Assembly: GCF_006345805.1 (NCBI RefSeq)
Contig: NC_043000.1
Span: 68,510,001 to 68,574,000, forward strand
Reading direction: 5' to 3'
Length of the DNA stretch: 64,000 nt
From: Octopus sinensis
Lineage: Eukaryota
In this document: in pieces, positions 25,926-39,123 of the stretch
Layout of the letters: the number at the start of each line of letters is the position of its first letter
Numbering within the stretch: the first letter of the stretch is position 1
Notes under the pieces: generated by a model
What the model was told of the DNA's origin: nothing
Databases searched by the model: none
Seen by the model: the letters and a program-made list of their open reading frames with translations, nothing else
Program-made: the position numbers and the translations under genes

Positions 25926-26140
25926 AAGGCGGCGAGCTAGCAGTTTGTTAGCACGCCGGGTGAAATGCTCTGTAGCATTTACTCCGTCTTTATGTTCTGG
26001 GTTCAAATTCTGCCGTTGTCGACTTTGCCTTTCATCCCTTTTGGAGAGTCGATAAAAAAATATTATTTGAGTATGGGGTTCGATGTAATCAACTTACCCC
26101 TCGCCCAAATTGCTGGATTTGCGCCAAAATTTGAAACCAA
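25926..26140 (+). mobile_element. SINE family A, full length
   Basis: AAGGCGGCGAGCTAGCAG..GTTAGCACGCCGG..GGTTCAAATTCTGCC..GACTTTGCCTTTCATCC..AAAATTTGAAACC. Confidence 0.85.
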
Positions 26141-26329
26141 TATTTATACTTTATATTATTGGCAAATGTCTATATAGATAGATAAGGGTTTACAATTATC
26201 AACATATTTTTTTGGATTAGTCGTACGTAACATTACTATAAACTAAAACAAAACCGAATTTAACAGTACATGATTATACTCAACCATATCATTCTACATT
26301 ACAACGATGTAATGCGATAATATATATAT

Positions 26330-26510
26330 AAAGATTTAGGCAGAGAAGGGGAAAAATAGACGAAAACAGGGCGAAAACAACGGACAGGAAAGGGAGACAA
26401 AAACACAAGGAACACTCGCAAATGATCCTTGTCATCAGTCGGCCTCCGAGACGTCCCAGTAGACCCATGCCACTTAAAACCAAGATCACTGCCACCAATA
26501 GGGGCGCCAG
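26330..26510 (-). mobile_element. Penelope-like pLTR-type fragment with hammerhead-like motif
   Basis: Minus strand GGGACGTC-TCGG agg CCGA-CTGATGA-...-GAG-TGTTCC, then T-rich tail into (TA)n. Confidence 0.5.
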
Positions 26511-26886
26511 ATGAGAGGGTTTCCTACAATTGCTTTGCTTTCCTACTGCTGTTTTGCATAATCCATATATGTTTTACCTTATTTACACCTCGAATATTTT
26601 TACTTCCTTTAATCTACATTTTTATATGTGGTACTTTTATATATATATATATAGATCTGTATTAAATTGTATTAATGTATGTGTATTTTTAAGAATATGT
26701 TTAAAATTTTGTATCTGGGAATTTGTTAATTGACCTACACTTTGCTTCTCAACGCGCGATAATTATTCCATTCAGATTTCGGCTTTTGTTGCTATTTGAG
26801 TAAAACTCTCACCGTTGCATATTTACACGGGGTCGTGTGCGGTTTGATGTAGGCTATAACGTAATATAAGAGCAGGGATAATGATA

Positions 26887-27160
26887 AGAGAAAAAAGAAA
26901 ATGGTCTAGCACTTCCTGCTCGTTTATTTCATCTCTTTCATGAGTTTCGTTATTTGGTAAAACATGATGTCACACTGTAGATGCAATCCTTAGATGCACT
27001 TCATAAGGGCAGCTTACACAGGCAAATACGTGCATGCTACCTTTATATGATGCATCTACGGATTGCATCTATAGTGTGACATCACGTGTTACCAAATACT
27101 GAAATATATGTAGCGTATGAAATAAAGAACCAAGTTCAAGTCCATGTTCTCTTCTCTCTC
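26887..27160. mobile_element. Palindromic MITE-like foldback
   Basis: TATTTGGTAA.ACA.GATGTCACACT.TAGATGCAATCC.TAGATGCA is mirrored around about 27020. Confidence 0.7.
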
Positions 27161-27251
27161 TCTCTCCCTCTCTCTCTCTCTCTCGTTCTCTGTCTCACAC
27201 ACACACACGCACACTTATAGATATATATGTATGAGAGAGCGAAAGATAAAC

Positions 27252-27316
<65 letters not shown>

Positions 27317-29109
27317 TTAGTTACCTTATATACTTTAGTTGGTTGACTTATTTATTTTGGGTTTTACCCTTCTTTTTTAGTATGTCCATTTTAGACTAAT
27401 CTCGTCTCTGAGAAGTTCAAGGGTTCAGGGATCTACAATAAATCAATGTATTGCAGAAACATTTTGGGTCAATATCAGTTGCTGGCGTTCAATCCCAAGC
27501 GTAGTTACACGGATATCAGTTGCATATCTAACATTCTTTCTGATTCTGATCGTTACTAAGAAAGTGGTATGTTAAAAAAAAAAAAAAAGATAAAGAGAAA
27601 GCATCACGTTCCTAGATCTATTCTTTTTACCTTGCCACTCTTTCGCTGTCTTCAATTTACTTTTGAAATTTCGTTTGGGAAAGAAGTAAAATAAAACAAA
27701 CAAAAACAAATGATGTTATCAGATAAAATAATTGACCTGTAAACTTGAAAATAAACAAACGGCACGTCATTTGCTCTCCGTGTTTAAATCCTGAGATTAA
27801 CTTTGTGAAAGAAGCAAACTGGTTTTAACAACAATAACAACAAAATATGGTAGCAGAAACAGAAAGAACGATGACAACACAAATTGGGGAGGAAACAAAA
27901 ACAATCACAGTTAGAATAAGAACAACCTTTACAAATAACCAAACAATCGTCCCAGTGGCAAATACAAATAAAAAGAGAAGGAAAAGCAATAAAAATAGCC
28001 TTAAAACAACAATAATAACATACAGTGAAAAGAAGAAACAATAAAAACAAACAAGAGAAACAGTAAAACAGCAAATAAGAAATAGCAAAATGTTAATTAA
28101 GTAGAGACGTTGTTGGTAAAATCGGTAAAGCAACAGCCGAAAAACTAGGAGAATTTAATGATGTTCCTATATACTGTCTGCGTTCAAATCCAATCGGGCA
28201 TGACTCAAATAACGAAGCTGATATTATCAAATGTTCCCTTCCTAGGGCGGTCGATTGGCAGATTCGTTAGTGTGGCGAACATAAAGAGCCAAACGATATT
28301 CTTTACACTCTGAGTCCAAACGTCGCCGAAGGCATCTTTGCTTTCATCCTTCCGGGATAGTCGAATATTGGAAACGATATACTCAACTCACGCCTCCAAC
28401 AAATCTTTGTAAAAATTAATGTTATCATAATTATGGCACTCATACTTAGGTAAAATCATTATAAGATAAGTGGGTTTTAGTTCAAACCTCACCAGGGTCA
28501 GTTTTACCTTTATTTCTCCTGATATTCATCGTTAAATAGTGGAGCTGTTGGATTAAATGTCAGTATTTTACTGATGTAGGTTTCATTTAATGTTTTTGGT
28601 TTGATGTTTCGTCTGTTTGTTGTACAAAATGTGCTGTATGAGTTATTTTATTGGAGGGTGATTATATTTTCTTTTTCTTGAAGTTCCTGTAAATTATTTT
28701 GCTAGTTTTTACATATACCTTTTTCTTCTAAAAGGAGTGCTCACGGCACGACATTGCTGTTATGATTCGCTTAATCCTGTTTTTCTCTTTCAGGATTTCT
28801 TCTCTTTTATTGATGTTATATTGTTTCCTTTATCTTTTACAGAACAGAACGTCTTCTTTTCTGTTCCTCTAAGAAAGGATAGGTATTTCCGTTTTTGTAG
28901 CTCATCAGATGAAATACTTTACGATATTTGTTTCAATTCAGTGCTCTTGGTTCAAATCTTGCCGCGGTCTATTTTTCCTTTCGTCCTTCAGGATCAATAA
29001 ACTAAAGCACCATTCGAGTACTGTGTAAATAGAATCGACTAAATCCTTCCTTTTAAAGACTACTGGCCTTGTGTCTAAATTAGAAACAAATATTAATATT
29101 ATTGAGGAG

Positions 29110-29390
29110 TAAAGCCCCTTTAGGTCATGAATTACCATGGGATTGCACCTAGAAAATCCGGTCATGATTGTTTATGGAAGACCAGCAGTAGCTCAATAGT
29201 CACCACGCTATCAATGTTATCAGAGGGAAAGGCAAAGGCCGATACAGCTTGGCACCAGTGACGCCGCAACTCATATTTCTACAGCTGACTGAACTGGAGA
29301 AACGTGAAATAAGTGTCTTACTCAAGAACAAAAAAAACACAGCCCAGTCGGAAATCGAACTCATTATCTCCTGATTGTGAACCCGACGGT
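29110..29390 (-). mobile_element. SINE family C
   Basis: Reverse complement homology to 25483-25790 (GGCCGATACAGCTT..CACCAGTGACG..CTACAGCT..TGAACTGGAG). Confidence 0.75.
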
Positions 29391-29394
29391 TCAC

Positions 29395-30125
29395 AATCGA
29401 TGGGTCGATAAGTAAGCAACTTCGCTTTTCCTTATTTATAATTCTTATATCTGGTCTATTATTTTCTAGCTTCTTGTCCGTTTGAATAGGAAAGTCCCAC
29501 AAAATCTTACATTTCTCCAACTCTAGTATCCTTTCGACTCGGTGATTGTATAATATGTTTCCAAGTTCAAATCCTCATGTCTGGCACAGTTTCCAGTGTA
29601 AATCCTTTACAACCTGATCGTGCATCCATTTCTTATATTCTTCCTGGGCCAACTTAGAGCATTCTGTCACTGTCTCGTTCCAAGTTCCACTGGCTCTACA
29701 TCTTTCCGACACATTCTCTCCATATATATTTTTTCTCAAGTTGTTTGTTTTTATCGCTTGATCTTGGGCTTCTACAATTAGACTCACTCTTTTTTTAGTT
29801 GCCCCTTTTTAAACTAAGCCCAGGATTTTGTTTCACATACGTCTTCAGTGACTCTCCAAAATTGGCCATGCAGAGGCTTCTCTTCGATCTGTCTGACATG
29901 CCCTCATTGTATAGTATTCGTGTCCTTTCCTTCTATTACGCGCTTCATCACCTGTTCTTTATTAACTATCTTTAATAGTTTTTCTGTGCTGCTTTGTAAA
30001 TACTCTACTAGATTTTTTCTTTCCCTCTGTACATATTCTTCTACTGTTATTAAGCCCCTTCCGCCCGGGTCTCCCCTCAAGTACAGTCTGCTGGTACTAG
30101 CTTTCGGATGGTGAACTCCATACAT

Positions 30126-30126
<1 letters not shown>
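29395..30126 (-). mobile_element. R4/Dong-clade non-LTR fragment
   Basis: HHPKASTSRLYLRGDPGGRGL, EAQDQAIKTN..CRAS..ETV..CSKLAQEEYKKWMHDQV..LHWKLC, WDFPIQTDKKLENNRPDI; 5' end abuts (TAA)n. Confidence 0.9.
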
Positions 30127-30156
<30 letters not shown>

Positions 30157-30399
30157 ATATTATTATTATTGATATTCGGAAGTGTTTGGTATTGTACATT
30201 CAGTCTGTCAATCGCTTCTGTATAATTTTGCTCTTGAGCTACAACTCTAAAAGCTGAATGTTTTAGCGTGTGTGCCACAACTCGAGCGGGGACATAGGAC
30301 TACTGTATCGGCCTGCTCAGAAGATGTTACCATTGGGGTATCGAACACACCAGAAATCAAGATAGTCTGCACTATAATGAAGGACTATGATCTAGCAAC

Positions 30400-31480
30400 A
30401 GAAGTAAAAATTAAAGAGGACGAGTTGGGCACCTGAAGAAGTAAATTCATGTCAGCAAGCGGCAGTGTCGTCTGTCAATGACTGCTTGTTTGTTAAGATG
30501 CTTGGAATCTGGTTTGGTCCAAGACATTCCGGTGGGTAAGATCTGAGTCGAGGCTTCAAGTAAGACCTCACCCAGAAATGGGTTAAGAAGATGCCATTTA
30601 TGAGAGATCAGGTAAAGGTGGTGAACGCTTACCTTTCGTCTGTTATATAGTATCCCCCGACCGTGAAGTCTCGCCCTAAGTTGCATGTGACCAGTTTGGA
30701 ACGGCTGAGCTTTCATTTCATGTGGAGGAGTTGGGCTCTCCTGATAAAAGGTCTAACTACTGTCATCAACGTATGCACCGAGGGCTCGGTATTCCCTGGT
30801 TGATAATTCACATGCATGTAATGAGGTACTGCGATATCTGCAAATGTTTTTAGATGGTGAGCATGTGTGATTGTCGTTTGTGAAGCGCCTTAACCCTACA
30901 GCTCGTGGAAATACAATCTGACAGAAATACAATCTGAATGAAGTGTAGACCAAAATTGGACGTCAGGCATTTGGAATGCTATCAGGTACTCACGGTCTTC
31001 TACTAGTTGGGCAGTTCACCACGTTCTCATAAAGACGTTTGGCATCGGAAACTGACTAGGTAGCTTATTCACAAAAACTTTCGGTTCAGGTACTATGGAC
31101 AATTTCCAGAAAAGCGTTTGTCTGGAAGTGCTGATTGCACTATTTATGGTCTAGTGGTCCAAGATTATCATGCACACTAAAGTGCCGTCAGTTGAGCCTG
31201 TCCGAGGTGCATGGAGAGCGACGAAATATTTCTTCGTGCACTGGTTCAGTGTCCGAGTAATGTTGACAAGTGTAACAATGTGAAACAACTACTGAATCGC
31301 GTGAGATGAATCTGATTGAGGACAAAGCTTTATGTCGTCCGCTGATCGATTTCTTCAAGTATCTCTTGAAATAATGAAGGTGGGGGAGGTTTTACCCACA
31401 AGCAAATTTATTATTAGAAATTATAAGAAAGCCACCCTTTACATTTTGCCTGGATGTCGCAGTCGGGAGAGAGAAATTAC
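30400..31480 (+). mobile_element. Tx1/L1-clade ORF2 C-terminal remnant
   Basis: FHFMWRSWALLIK, RGLGIPWL, TFGSGTMDNFQK, and zf-RVT-like CPRCMESDEIFLRALVQCP at 31199-31255; many stops. Confidence 0.75.
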
Positions 31481-33089
31481 TCGGAGAGCAAAGTGTACAA
31501 GATATTTGCATGTTCTCAGCCTCTGTATGTCTGGATTCTGTATCATGTGTAGGTGTCTTCTTTTGTTTTATATTTTTATTGAATTCTAATCTGTTTTTTA
31601 TGTCGTATGACAATTTTACTCTTCCCTAAAATATCGTGTATACATTATTATTTTTACTTCTTTTCTCACAGTAAATTGATTGACCTGAATTGATTACTAA
31701 AAACAAAAACCAGCTCTTGACATTATAGCACGCTTTCATATATCGAAGATAAAGTAATAAATAAAAGAGCAATACATTAACGGTGTGACAAATAAAGGAC
31801 AGTTCTAATGTCACATAATAGAAAGAGTAATAACCAACATAAATCTCTATAGAAAGGGGTTTTCAAAACAGCTCGATTTCCACCATCCTTTCTTTAACTA
31901 GTAATTAATTAGTTGGATTTAAACCGTCTTCAACCACAAATGTCATAGGTAATCTCTAAATAATTTCCTACTCATGAACAACTAAGTTACAGTAGTATAC
32001 ATGAGTTAACAATCAGATGTCAATAAAAAGGGCTTAGCAAAAACAGAAAAATAAACCCCAGTTAGGAGAACTATACCGAAGACAACTCGATCTTTTTTCG
32101 AAAACATCATTTGAATTGCACACTTTAAATGCAGAAACTAGGGAATTAGAATCCAGAACATTCATGTGAATATTTGCGACTTGTAGCTCATGTAAGACGT
32201 TTAAAAAAGGATATTTACGAATGAATTAAGCCATAAATAAATACAAAACTCAGAAAAGCTATGTTGATATAATTGCTACTCTGATATCAGTTTCAAAATA
32301 ATATGCAAGAAGGTGATTTAGTTGATACTCTTTCGAACTTCTTAATCGTGATATCTTCATATTTCAATTTTTTTTCTTTTTTCAATAAGAAATGGTCTGT
32401 TTCTTTTTTCCCAAACATCCCAAACACCATTTAAGAATATAGCATAAGTTAAGGCCCAAAGACATAGCCTGACAGAACTAATGGTTATAATGATATATTT
32501 AATTTGAAATACTTACAGGAGAAGGTAGGAATCTTTTTAAGATCGAATCATATCAAATCGATGCGAGAAAAGAGAAGACAATTGTAATTCTACAGAATAA
32601 AAAGAGTAGATAAATACAGAGCAGATGGTTTCACATGACAGAAACAACTGATACACATAAACAATGGTAACACTATGAAATTGACGAGAATTTCGTTAGT
32701 TCCTCCTGTAGTAGCGAATTCTACTTTTGTGGATACAGCAGCTTGAAGAGAAATGTCAACTTTACTTAGCCAAAATACACGACATGAAAACAAAGTTTCA
32801 AGTGCCTTCTTTACAAATAAAGAGATATGGCATTTATCAATATTTTCGAGGCACACAAAAGTTTCTAGTGGTCAGCGTTCTCTACCATATATTGAATGAA
32901 ATGCAAATTACTATACCAAACTTAAATGAGGCAAAAATTCTCTCGGTCAAGTTCTCACCAGGAGGTTTAAATATCAAATCATTTACAATGGAAGACACTC
33001 TGTTACTTTAACACAAATTGCAACATTTATCTCCCAAAGGGACAACTACCATCATCGCCACTGCCACCACCACCACCACCACCACCACC

Positions 33090-33136
<47 letters not shown>

Positions 33137-33449
33137 AACAACAACGACAACAACAACGATAACAAACACACAATGAAGAAGGAGTTTTGTTTTAATTGAA
33201 ATCATTATAATGTAACTACAAATTAGTAGAGAAAGAGTAGAAAATACTCATACCAAGAACAAAGAAACAAAAATGCATATAACGAAAAAGAACATGATAT
33301 ATGGTATCATATGAACTATTCACACTCAGGATTATAAAAAGTTTCGAGTTACTCAGTGGTGTCTATTTAATCAACTATATATTTCAACAGATCGCCCTTC
33401 ATTTTGTGTTGACAGCCAACAATATTTTCTACTTACTTTCCAAAATAAA

Positions 33450-33657
33450 TATTCTAGGAACAAGGCCCGAAATTTTGGGGGAGGGACCGCTCGATTACAT
33501 CGACTCCAGTATGCAACTGGTACTTAATTTATCGACCGCGAAAAGATGAAAAGCAAAGTCGAACTCGGCGTAATTTGAATTTAGAACGTAAAGACAGACT
33601 AAATACCGCTAAGCATTTCGCTCGGCGTGCTAACGTTTCTGCCAGCTCGCCGCCTTA
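33450..33657 (-). mobile_element. SINE family A, full length
   Basis: Reverse complement homology to 25926-26140. Confidence 0.85.
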
Positions 33658-33817
33658 CTTTCCAAAAATAATATTGTCCTTGTTTTAATTCATAATTTGA
33701 TTACTTATTGATTTAATGTAATTTCAACAAATGATTTTGACAATACTTTGGAGCACGAGGGTATCGCTGAAAGCAGCAACAGCCACAGCAGTAGCAGCAG
33801 CAGCAGCAGTAGTGGCA

Positions 33818-33875
<58 letters not shown>

Positions 33876-34612
33876 CAGCAGCGGCGGCTAGTCATGGCGA
33901 CTGGGCACGGTAAATCTGTCCAAACTCATTGATTATGGTTTCTGCCAAGGGAGATTCTGATCACTTTTCTCAGATTCCAAATTATATAAGAGAGAGTGTA
34001 AGTGTGTGTGTGTGTGTGTGTATGTGTGTGTGGAGTCGCATTTGGGCGCTACTGATGACTTGTAACCCAATACAACCTGTTGCATGGTCGGGTCGTTGGC
34101 AATTAAATTGGCAACCCCATCAAGCTTCCTTGGTGAGGAGGGTGATTGTTGGATACTCTGCAGGAGGAAAAATAAGGTCTATGAAAGGGCGGAAGAGCTC
34201 ATGATCAGTCAACGGCCATCCAATAATATGTGTACATGTGTATATATGTACCTGGGTTGGTGTCCAAGCGCATGCTTGGCCCATTGGGAGTGGGAGGCCC
34301 CATGTTGTTACAACATCTCTCTAATAGAGAGAAACTCAGAGAAAACCTGCGACACTGACAATATTCAGTGATGTAGACTAGTTCTTCATTCCGAATTTAT
34401 GTTGTCCATGTTCAGAGAGTGGGACTGGATTTGTGCAAATACTTTCCTAACTATAAAAAATCATCATGCACAGGCATTGGTTGTAAAAACGCAAGAGCTA
34501 TCACCAAAATGGTTGGTTATAGCCTTTGAATGTGTGCGACTTTCGATCAGGCGATTGCAATACTCGAACATGAGTTTGCTGCCATTATATACGCGCGCGC
34601 GCAAACATACAC

Positions 34613-34644
<32 letters not shown>

Positions 34645-34776
34645 GTACAAGGGGCGAGAAGTGTGTAGTGCTGTATGTGTGTGTGTATATACATATATAC
34701 ACACAGGCGGTGCTCCAGCATGGCCGCAGTCAAATGACTGAAACAAATAAAAGAGTAAAAGAGTAAAAGAGTAAAG

Positions 34777-34815
34777 AGAGTACCGGTTTCAGTCATTGAG
34801 ACTTTTTCAACTGTA
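34777..34815 (-). ncRNA. Minimal type I hammerhead ribozyme motif, U3-A8 variant
   Basis: ACAG-UUGAAAA-AGUC ucaau GACU-GAAA-CCGG-UA-CUCU. Confidence 0.65.
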
Positions 34816-35245
34816 ACAATTAAATAATTAAATTTAGAAAAATTAAAAGAAAAGTTTTTTTAAAAGAATATTTGTATAGTGTTCAAATATAAGTGGCATT
34901 TTCCCTATTTTCTGCCTGTCTCTGTCTCTCTTGTTTACTCTTGTGGGTTCGAGGTCGTTGTGAATTCTTGGTAGGGAAGAAGAAGAAGGAGGAGGAGGAG
35001 GGGTGGAAGAAGACGAAGAATTTGGGAGTGCCATGATTGTAGTATTTTGAATGGTCAGTGGAGGCTGGCAGTTGCTGTTCAATTCATGAAAATATTTCTA
35101 TTGAATGTTTTGTTTATAGAATTTGCGTAGGTGTTATACTAAAAAGCATTAGTGATAAAGTCAGGAAGGAGAAAGAAGGAGAAGGGGAGAAGAAGAAGAA
35201 GAAGAAGAAGGAGAAGAAGAAGAAGAAGAAGAAGAAGAAGAAGAA

Positions 35246-35284
<39 letters not shown>

Positions 35285-35397
35285 AAAAGTAGTGAGGTGT
35301 TGAATGACTTAAAGTTGGCACGTTATGGATTATAGCAGTGATTGGGGCTGTTTTTTAATGGATTCTTAGGAATGTAATATTTGCGTGTGTATTTGTG

Positions 35398-36303
35398 TTA
35401 TGCTAAGGCCGAGGTGGATATGCCGTTTGTCGTAGACGCGTTCAGAAGGGGCCTGTATTTTGTAATAAAGAGTGTTTCTTTACTAATTTGTTGGCTCCAG
35501 GTTGTATATTCCCTGAATTGGTAGAGGGGAAAAATCCTGAAGCTTGTTGTTTTGTTGTTGGCGCAAATGTCTATGTGTTGGCTGAATGCTATTTTTCTGT
35601 TTCGGGGAATTTTTATTTGGGATCTGTGCAGGGTCATTCTTTTATATAGACTACTTTTTGTTTGGCCTATGTATTGCTCTTGACGCCCAGAGCAGGTTAA
35701 TGTGTATATCAGGTTCTCCGAAGCACATGTGAAGTTGCTTTTCACTGTGAAGTGTTGTCCCTGTTTGAAGGAGAACTCTGATCCCTCAATTAGATAATCG
35801 CATATCCCACAATTGGGTCTTCCACATTTTTTTACTGTCGGCTTCTGTGTTGTTGAGCGTATTCGGGCTTGTGTTAGGAGACTTTTCATAGATTTGGGCT
35901 GTCACTTGCTTTTTATGATAGTGTGTATTTGGAGGATTAAGTTCATTCTGCGGTCCTTTTTTAGCAGGGGTATGTTTTGGAGGATCGTGTCGAAGGCTTC
36001 ATTGTTGAGAGGGTTGTGTGTGGAGATGTATGGTAAGGCTTTTGGTTGTAAATTTTTCTTTAATTTGGGATGTCTGAGTTCCTGGATGTTGAGTTGAAGG
36101 GCACGTTGAATGCATATGTCAATTAGTGAAGGTGGGTAGTTCCTGGTGATGAGTGTATCTTTTAGTTCATGTAGTCGTGTGTCTGGTGTTTGCATTAGAA
36201 ACTATAGTACATATCCTTTTTGCTAGATTGAAGGGAATGTTCATTCTGGTGTGTCTGGAGTGGCATGAATTGAATGGTAGATATTGCTTGGAATTCGTAG
36301 GCT

Positions 36304-36305
<2 letters not shown>
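35398..36305 (-). pseudogene. Penelope RT thumb + GIY-YIG endonuclease, frameshifted
   Basis: [34 protein letters not shown]; RNYPPSLI; CGRPNCGIC..FTCASENLIYTLTC..YIGQT..KRMTLH. Confidence 0.92.
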
Positions 36306-36363
<58 letters not shown>

Positions 36364-36394
36364 AATATATATATACACATATATATATATGTAT

Positions 36395-36502
<108 letters not shown>

Positions 36503-37539
36503 TATATATGTATGTATACAAATATGTATATAGGTATATGTTTAGCAGGTAGTTGAATGTTTGTTGATTCTTTTGTTTAAATTGTCTGTCAATATGTGTG
36601 TGTGTGTGTGTATGTGTGTGTGTGATTCCATACGTGTGTGCAGCACAGGAATCTATGTCGGTTGGGCAAGTTAATCTTTCGTCAATTATACGCATCATTA
36701 ATATTTTCCGTAGGTGCGGGAGAAAGACTCGTTTCCCATGACAACAACTCCATCTATCTACAGTTAAATCCACTTTGTTTATTAAGCGTCACTAATCAAG
36801 ATTTGGAAGATCAAAGTTCGTTTTCAGTATGGAACTCCCTATCTTTGTGTTCCCACCCAGGTCTGCGTCATGATTTCCACTGAAAGTGTTTTGTATAAAT
36901 GATAAATAAAGTAAGTGGGTGATTGAGAGAGGAGACGGAAAAAGAGGGTTGGAACAGGTGGATGTCAAAATATGAAGAGGAAGATTGATTGATGTAAGGA
37001 AATAAGTAGTTAGAAAGAGTGGGGTGTATATAACTGAGGAATGTATAAAACAGGGGAAAAGGAAGGAAGAGAGAAACAAAGAGAGAGTGATACAGAGAAC
37101 ATGAGGCCAAATATATAAGCGAGTATAGCAAAACGAAAGACAAAAAGAAAATAGAAATTAGCTTCTCTGTGTAACTGCTATTTGATACCAATAGGTGAAA
37201 TGTATAGTGGCGTACATATCAGTCTATTGTTATTAAACTGCGACTAAAGAGAACTAAAATCAAGGTTTATTTATATGTTTGCAGGTTCCAAACATTGTAA
37301 ATAATGACTTCATGCAGCAAATCCCTCCCACATTAATGCAACATCATAACCACTAAGTGTATAAAACTTAACATTAATACTGCGTAGCATTAACTGTATA
37401 TAGTATAACTTTATAACTACAAACTGTTTAAAATGCACCTCTTAGAGATGATATAATTCACCGTCGTATAAGGTGTAACATTACAATTATCGGACGCATG
37501 AAATACAATTTAGAAGTGTAATGGCTGTATAAGCTATTC

Positions 37540-37980
37540 TTTCTACAATAGGTACTATACCATAAATTTTGTGAGAGGGGGCCAAGTCGATTACATCGAG
37601 CCCAGTACTTGACTGGTACTTATTTCATCTACCCGGAAAGGATGAAAGGCGAAGTCGACTTCGGTGGAATTTGACCTCAGAACATAAAGCCATAAGAAAT
37701 GCTAAGCATTTTGTCTGGCATGCTAACGATTCTGCCAGCTCACCATCTTAAAAGTTGTAGAAATAAATATATATTTCTTTTTTTTTTAACTATAGGTACA
37801 AGGCTTGAATTTTGGGTAGAGGGAACTAGTCGGTTACATCAATCCCAATGCTCAATGGTACTCATTTCATTTGCCCCGAAAGAATGAAGACGAAATTCGA
37901 ACTCAATGTAAAGAGCCGGAAGAAATGTTGTGAAGCATTTTGTTCGGCACCGGTAACGGTTTTGCCAGTTGGCCACCTTA
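37540..37980 (-). mobile_element. Two adjacent SINE family A copies
   Basis: Both match the reverse complement of 25926-26140. Confidence 0.75.
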
Positions 37981-38189
37981 ACGGCTGTATAAATAATAAA
38001 GTCAATGGCTAGCACACATAAATGAATGTAATACCATGACTAACGACTAACAACACAACATATAGGCACATAAATACAGAATGAAAAAGATAACTGCATA
38101 AAAAGCAAACTCTTTAAAATTTAAACCGTCCATATCCGGTCTATGTGCAAACTGGCCAGATCCGGCCTCTCACACCTACCCTACAGTTA

Positions 38190-38489
38190 TTAGACTGCGA
38201 TGATGTCGGGGCATCCCTTTAAAGAACTTTCAGTCGAATAAATCGTCTCCATTTTTTTTTAAGACTGGTATTATTCTATCAGTCTCTTTTTGCCGAACCG
38301 CTAAGTTACGAGGATGTAAACAAACCAACACCGGTTGTCAAGACCGGGATAAACACACGCACATACACACACATATATAGGCCGGGCTTCTTTCAGTTTT
38401 CGTCTCCAAATAGTAGAAGACATTTGACCAAGATGCCACTCAATGGTACTGCACCCGGAGCCATATGTTTGGGAAGCAAGCTTCTTACA
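38190..38489 (-). mobile_element. SINE family B abutting a mariner remnant
   Basis: TTTTGCCGAACCGCTAAGTTACG..GGGCTTCTTTCAGTTT..GGGAAGCAAGCTTCTTAC. Confidence 0.75.
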
Positions 38490-39096
38490 GCAAAAAGAAT
38501 GGCTTGGCTCCGGTAAACAAGCGACACCGCGCGTGAAGCAAGATCTTCATCCGCGTAAAACGATGTTGTGCGTATGGTGGAACTGGCAAGCAATTATCCA
38601 TTACGAATTGCTTGAACGGAACTAAACGGCCAACACGGAACTCTACGTTCAACAGATGGAACGACTCAACACGGCTATTCAAGAGAAAAAAAACCTAATC
38701 GGCAGCATGGAGTTCTGCTGCACGACAACGCCGGCTCTCATATCGCCAATATGACCAAGGAAGCCATTCAAACGCATGGCTGGGAAGTGCTGCCACACCC
38801 GCTGTACTCTCCTGATTTGGCACCAACTGATTTCAACCTCTTTCGATCCCTTTCAAATACCATGTGCGGAGATTCGTTCAATACTGATACAGAATTGAGA
38901 ACTTGGTTGGATCGTTTTTTCGGGTCGAAATCGGGTGGTTTCTACCAACGAGTGATTGAAAATCTTGTTGAACGTTGGCAAAAAGAAGTAAACAACAAGA
39001 GCCAATACATCATGGATTAATTAGTTGTTATTTTTTATTAAACCTTTTAAAAAATTTAAATTAAAAAATACAGCGGGAACTTAGTTGCCAACCTAA
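38487..39096 (+). mobile_element. Mariner (D34D) transposon 3' half, disrupted transposase
   Basis: LHPRKTMLCVWWNWQAIIHYELL; HDNA...34 aa...YSPDLAPTDF; right TIR ..GAACTTAGTTGCCAACCTAA then TA. Confidence 0.92.
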
Positions 39097-39123
39097 TATA
39101 TATGTATGTTTGTGTGTATATAT

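Larger units (their letters stand above)
34777..36305 (-). mobile_element. 5'-truncated Penelope-like element (Neptune type)
   Basis: RT thumb plus GIY-YIG ORF remnant, microsatellite-rich 3' UTR, terminal hammerhead motif; 5' junction in (TA)n. Confidence 0.9.

Noticed and set aside
38751-39020. SETMAR-like host gene
   Set aside because: Mariner transposase only, with an upstream stop and frameshift and a TIR; no SET domain.
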